A stretch of DNA of 63,218 nt, counting the filler, from Octopus bimaculoides (taxonomy: Eukaryota): the NCBI RefSeq assembly GCF_001194135.2. It is 7 parts of 4 records of this genome, joined end to end, with 100 filler letters (N's around TTAATTAATTAA, not from the genome) between each part and the next. Parts side by side here need not be neighbours in the genome. Positions count along the whole stretch, not along the records: positions 62,177 to 63,218 come from NC_068989.1; 6 more parts are not named here. One strand, written 5' to 3'. A program made the translations under genes and the position numbers. A model generated the notes under the pieces. It had not been told where the DNA came from and ran no database searches. It was given only the letters and a program-made list of their open reading frames with translations. Of this stretch, positions 63,111 through 63,218 are shown one piece after another; the stretch's first letter is position 1, and each line of letters begins with the position of its first letter.

Positions 63111-63218
63111 GGTGTGTGTGTTAGTTAATAAGGTATTAAAGCAGAATGACTCACCCCATTATTAAATATGCTTCAACACACGTATTCACATAAAGAATCT
63201 TGCAAACCAAGTACAAAA

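Overview
AT-rich, microsatellite-dense animal genomic DNA from a gapped draft scaffold. It is inferred, not proven, to be a coleoid cephalopod (octopus-like), from the [14 protein letters not shown]-type C2H2 array and the repeat landscape. The only host-like coding sequence is a partial, frameshifted 15-finger C2H2 zinc-finger array (60869-62075, minus strand). The rest is transposon debris: a near-complete Penelope-like element (PLE) with an inverted pseudo-LTR, four further PLE fragments, two R4/Dong-type and one RTE-type LINE fragments, two mariners plus a mariner MITE, one IR/DR Tc1, piggyBac-type MITEs and many tRNA-derived SINEs. Most ORF-track entries are microsatellite, gap or antisense artefacts. 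The signal not shown by the ORF track is nine minimal type I hammerhead ribozyme (HHR) motifs from at least five sequence families, folded by eye. Two loci hold mirror-image HHR pairs inside long fold-back palindromes (22863-23075, 59316-59530). One HHR sits behind a tRNA-derived Pol III head (59062-59310). Minimal HHRs in PLEs and an HHR-bearing SINE (Schistosoma Sm-alpha) are known, so novelty is limited to these architectures and this host, and needs database and biochemical checks. Repeat boundaries are approximate, and adjacency across TTAATTAATTAA-marked gaps is uncertain.
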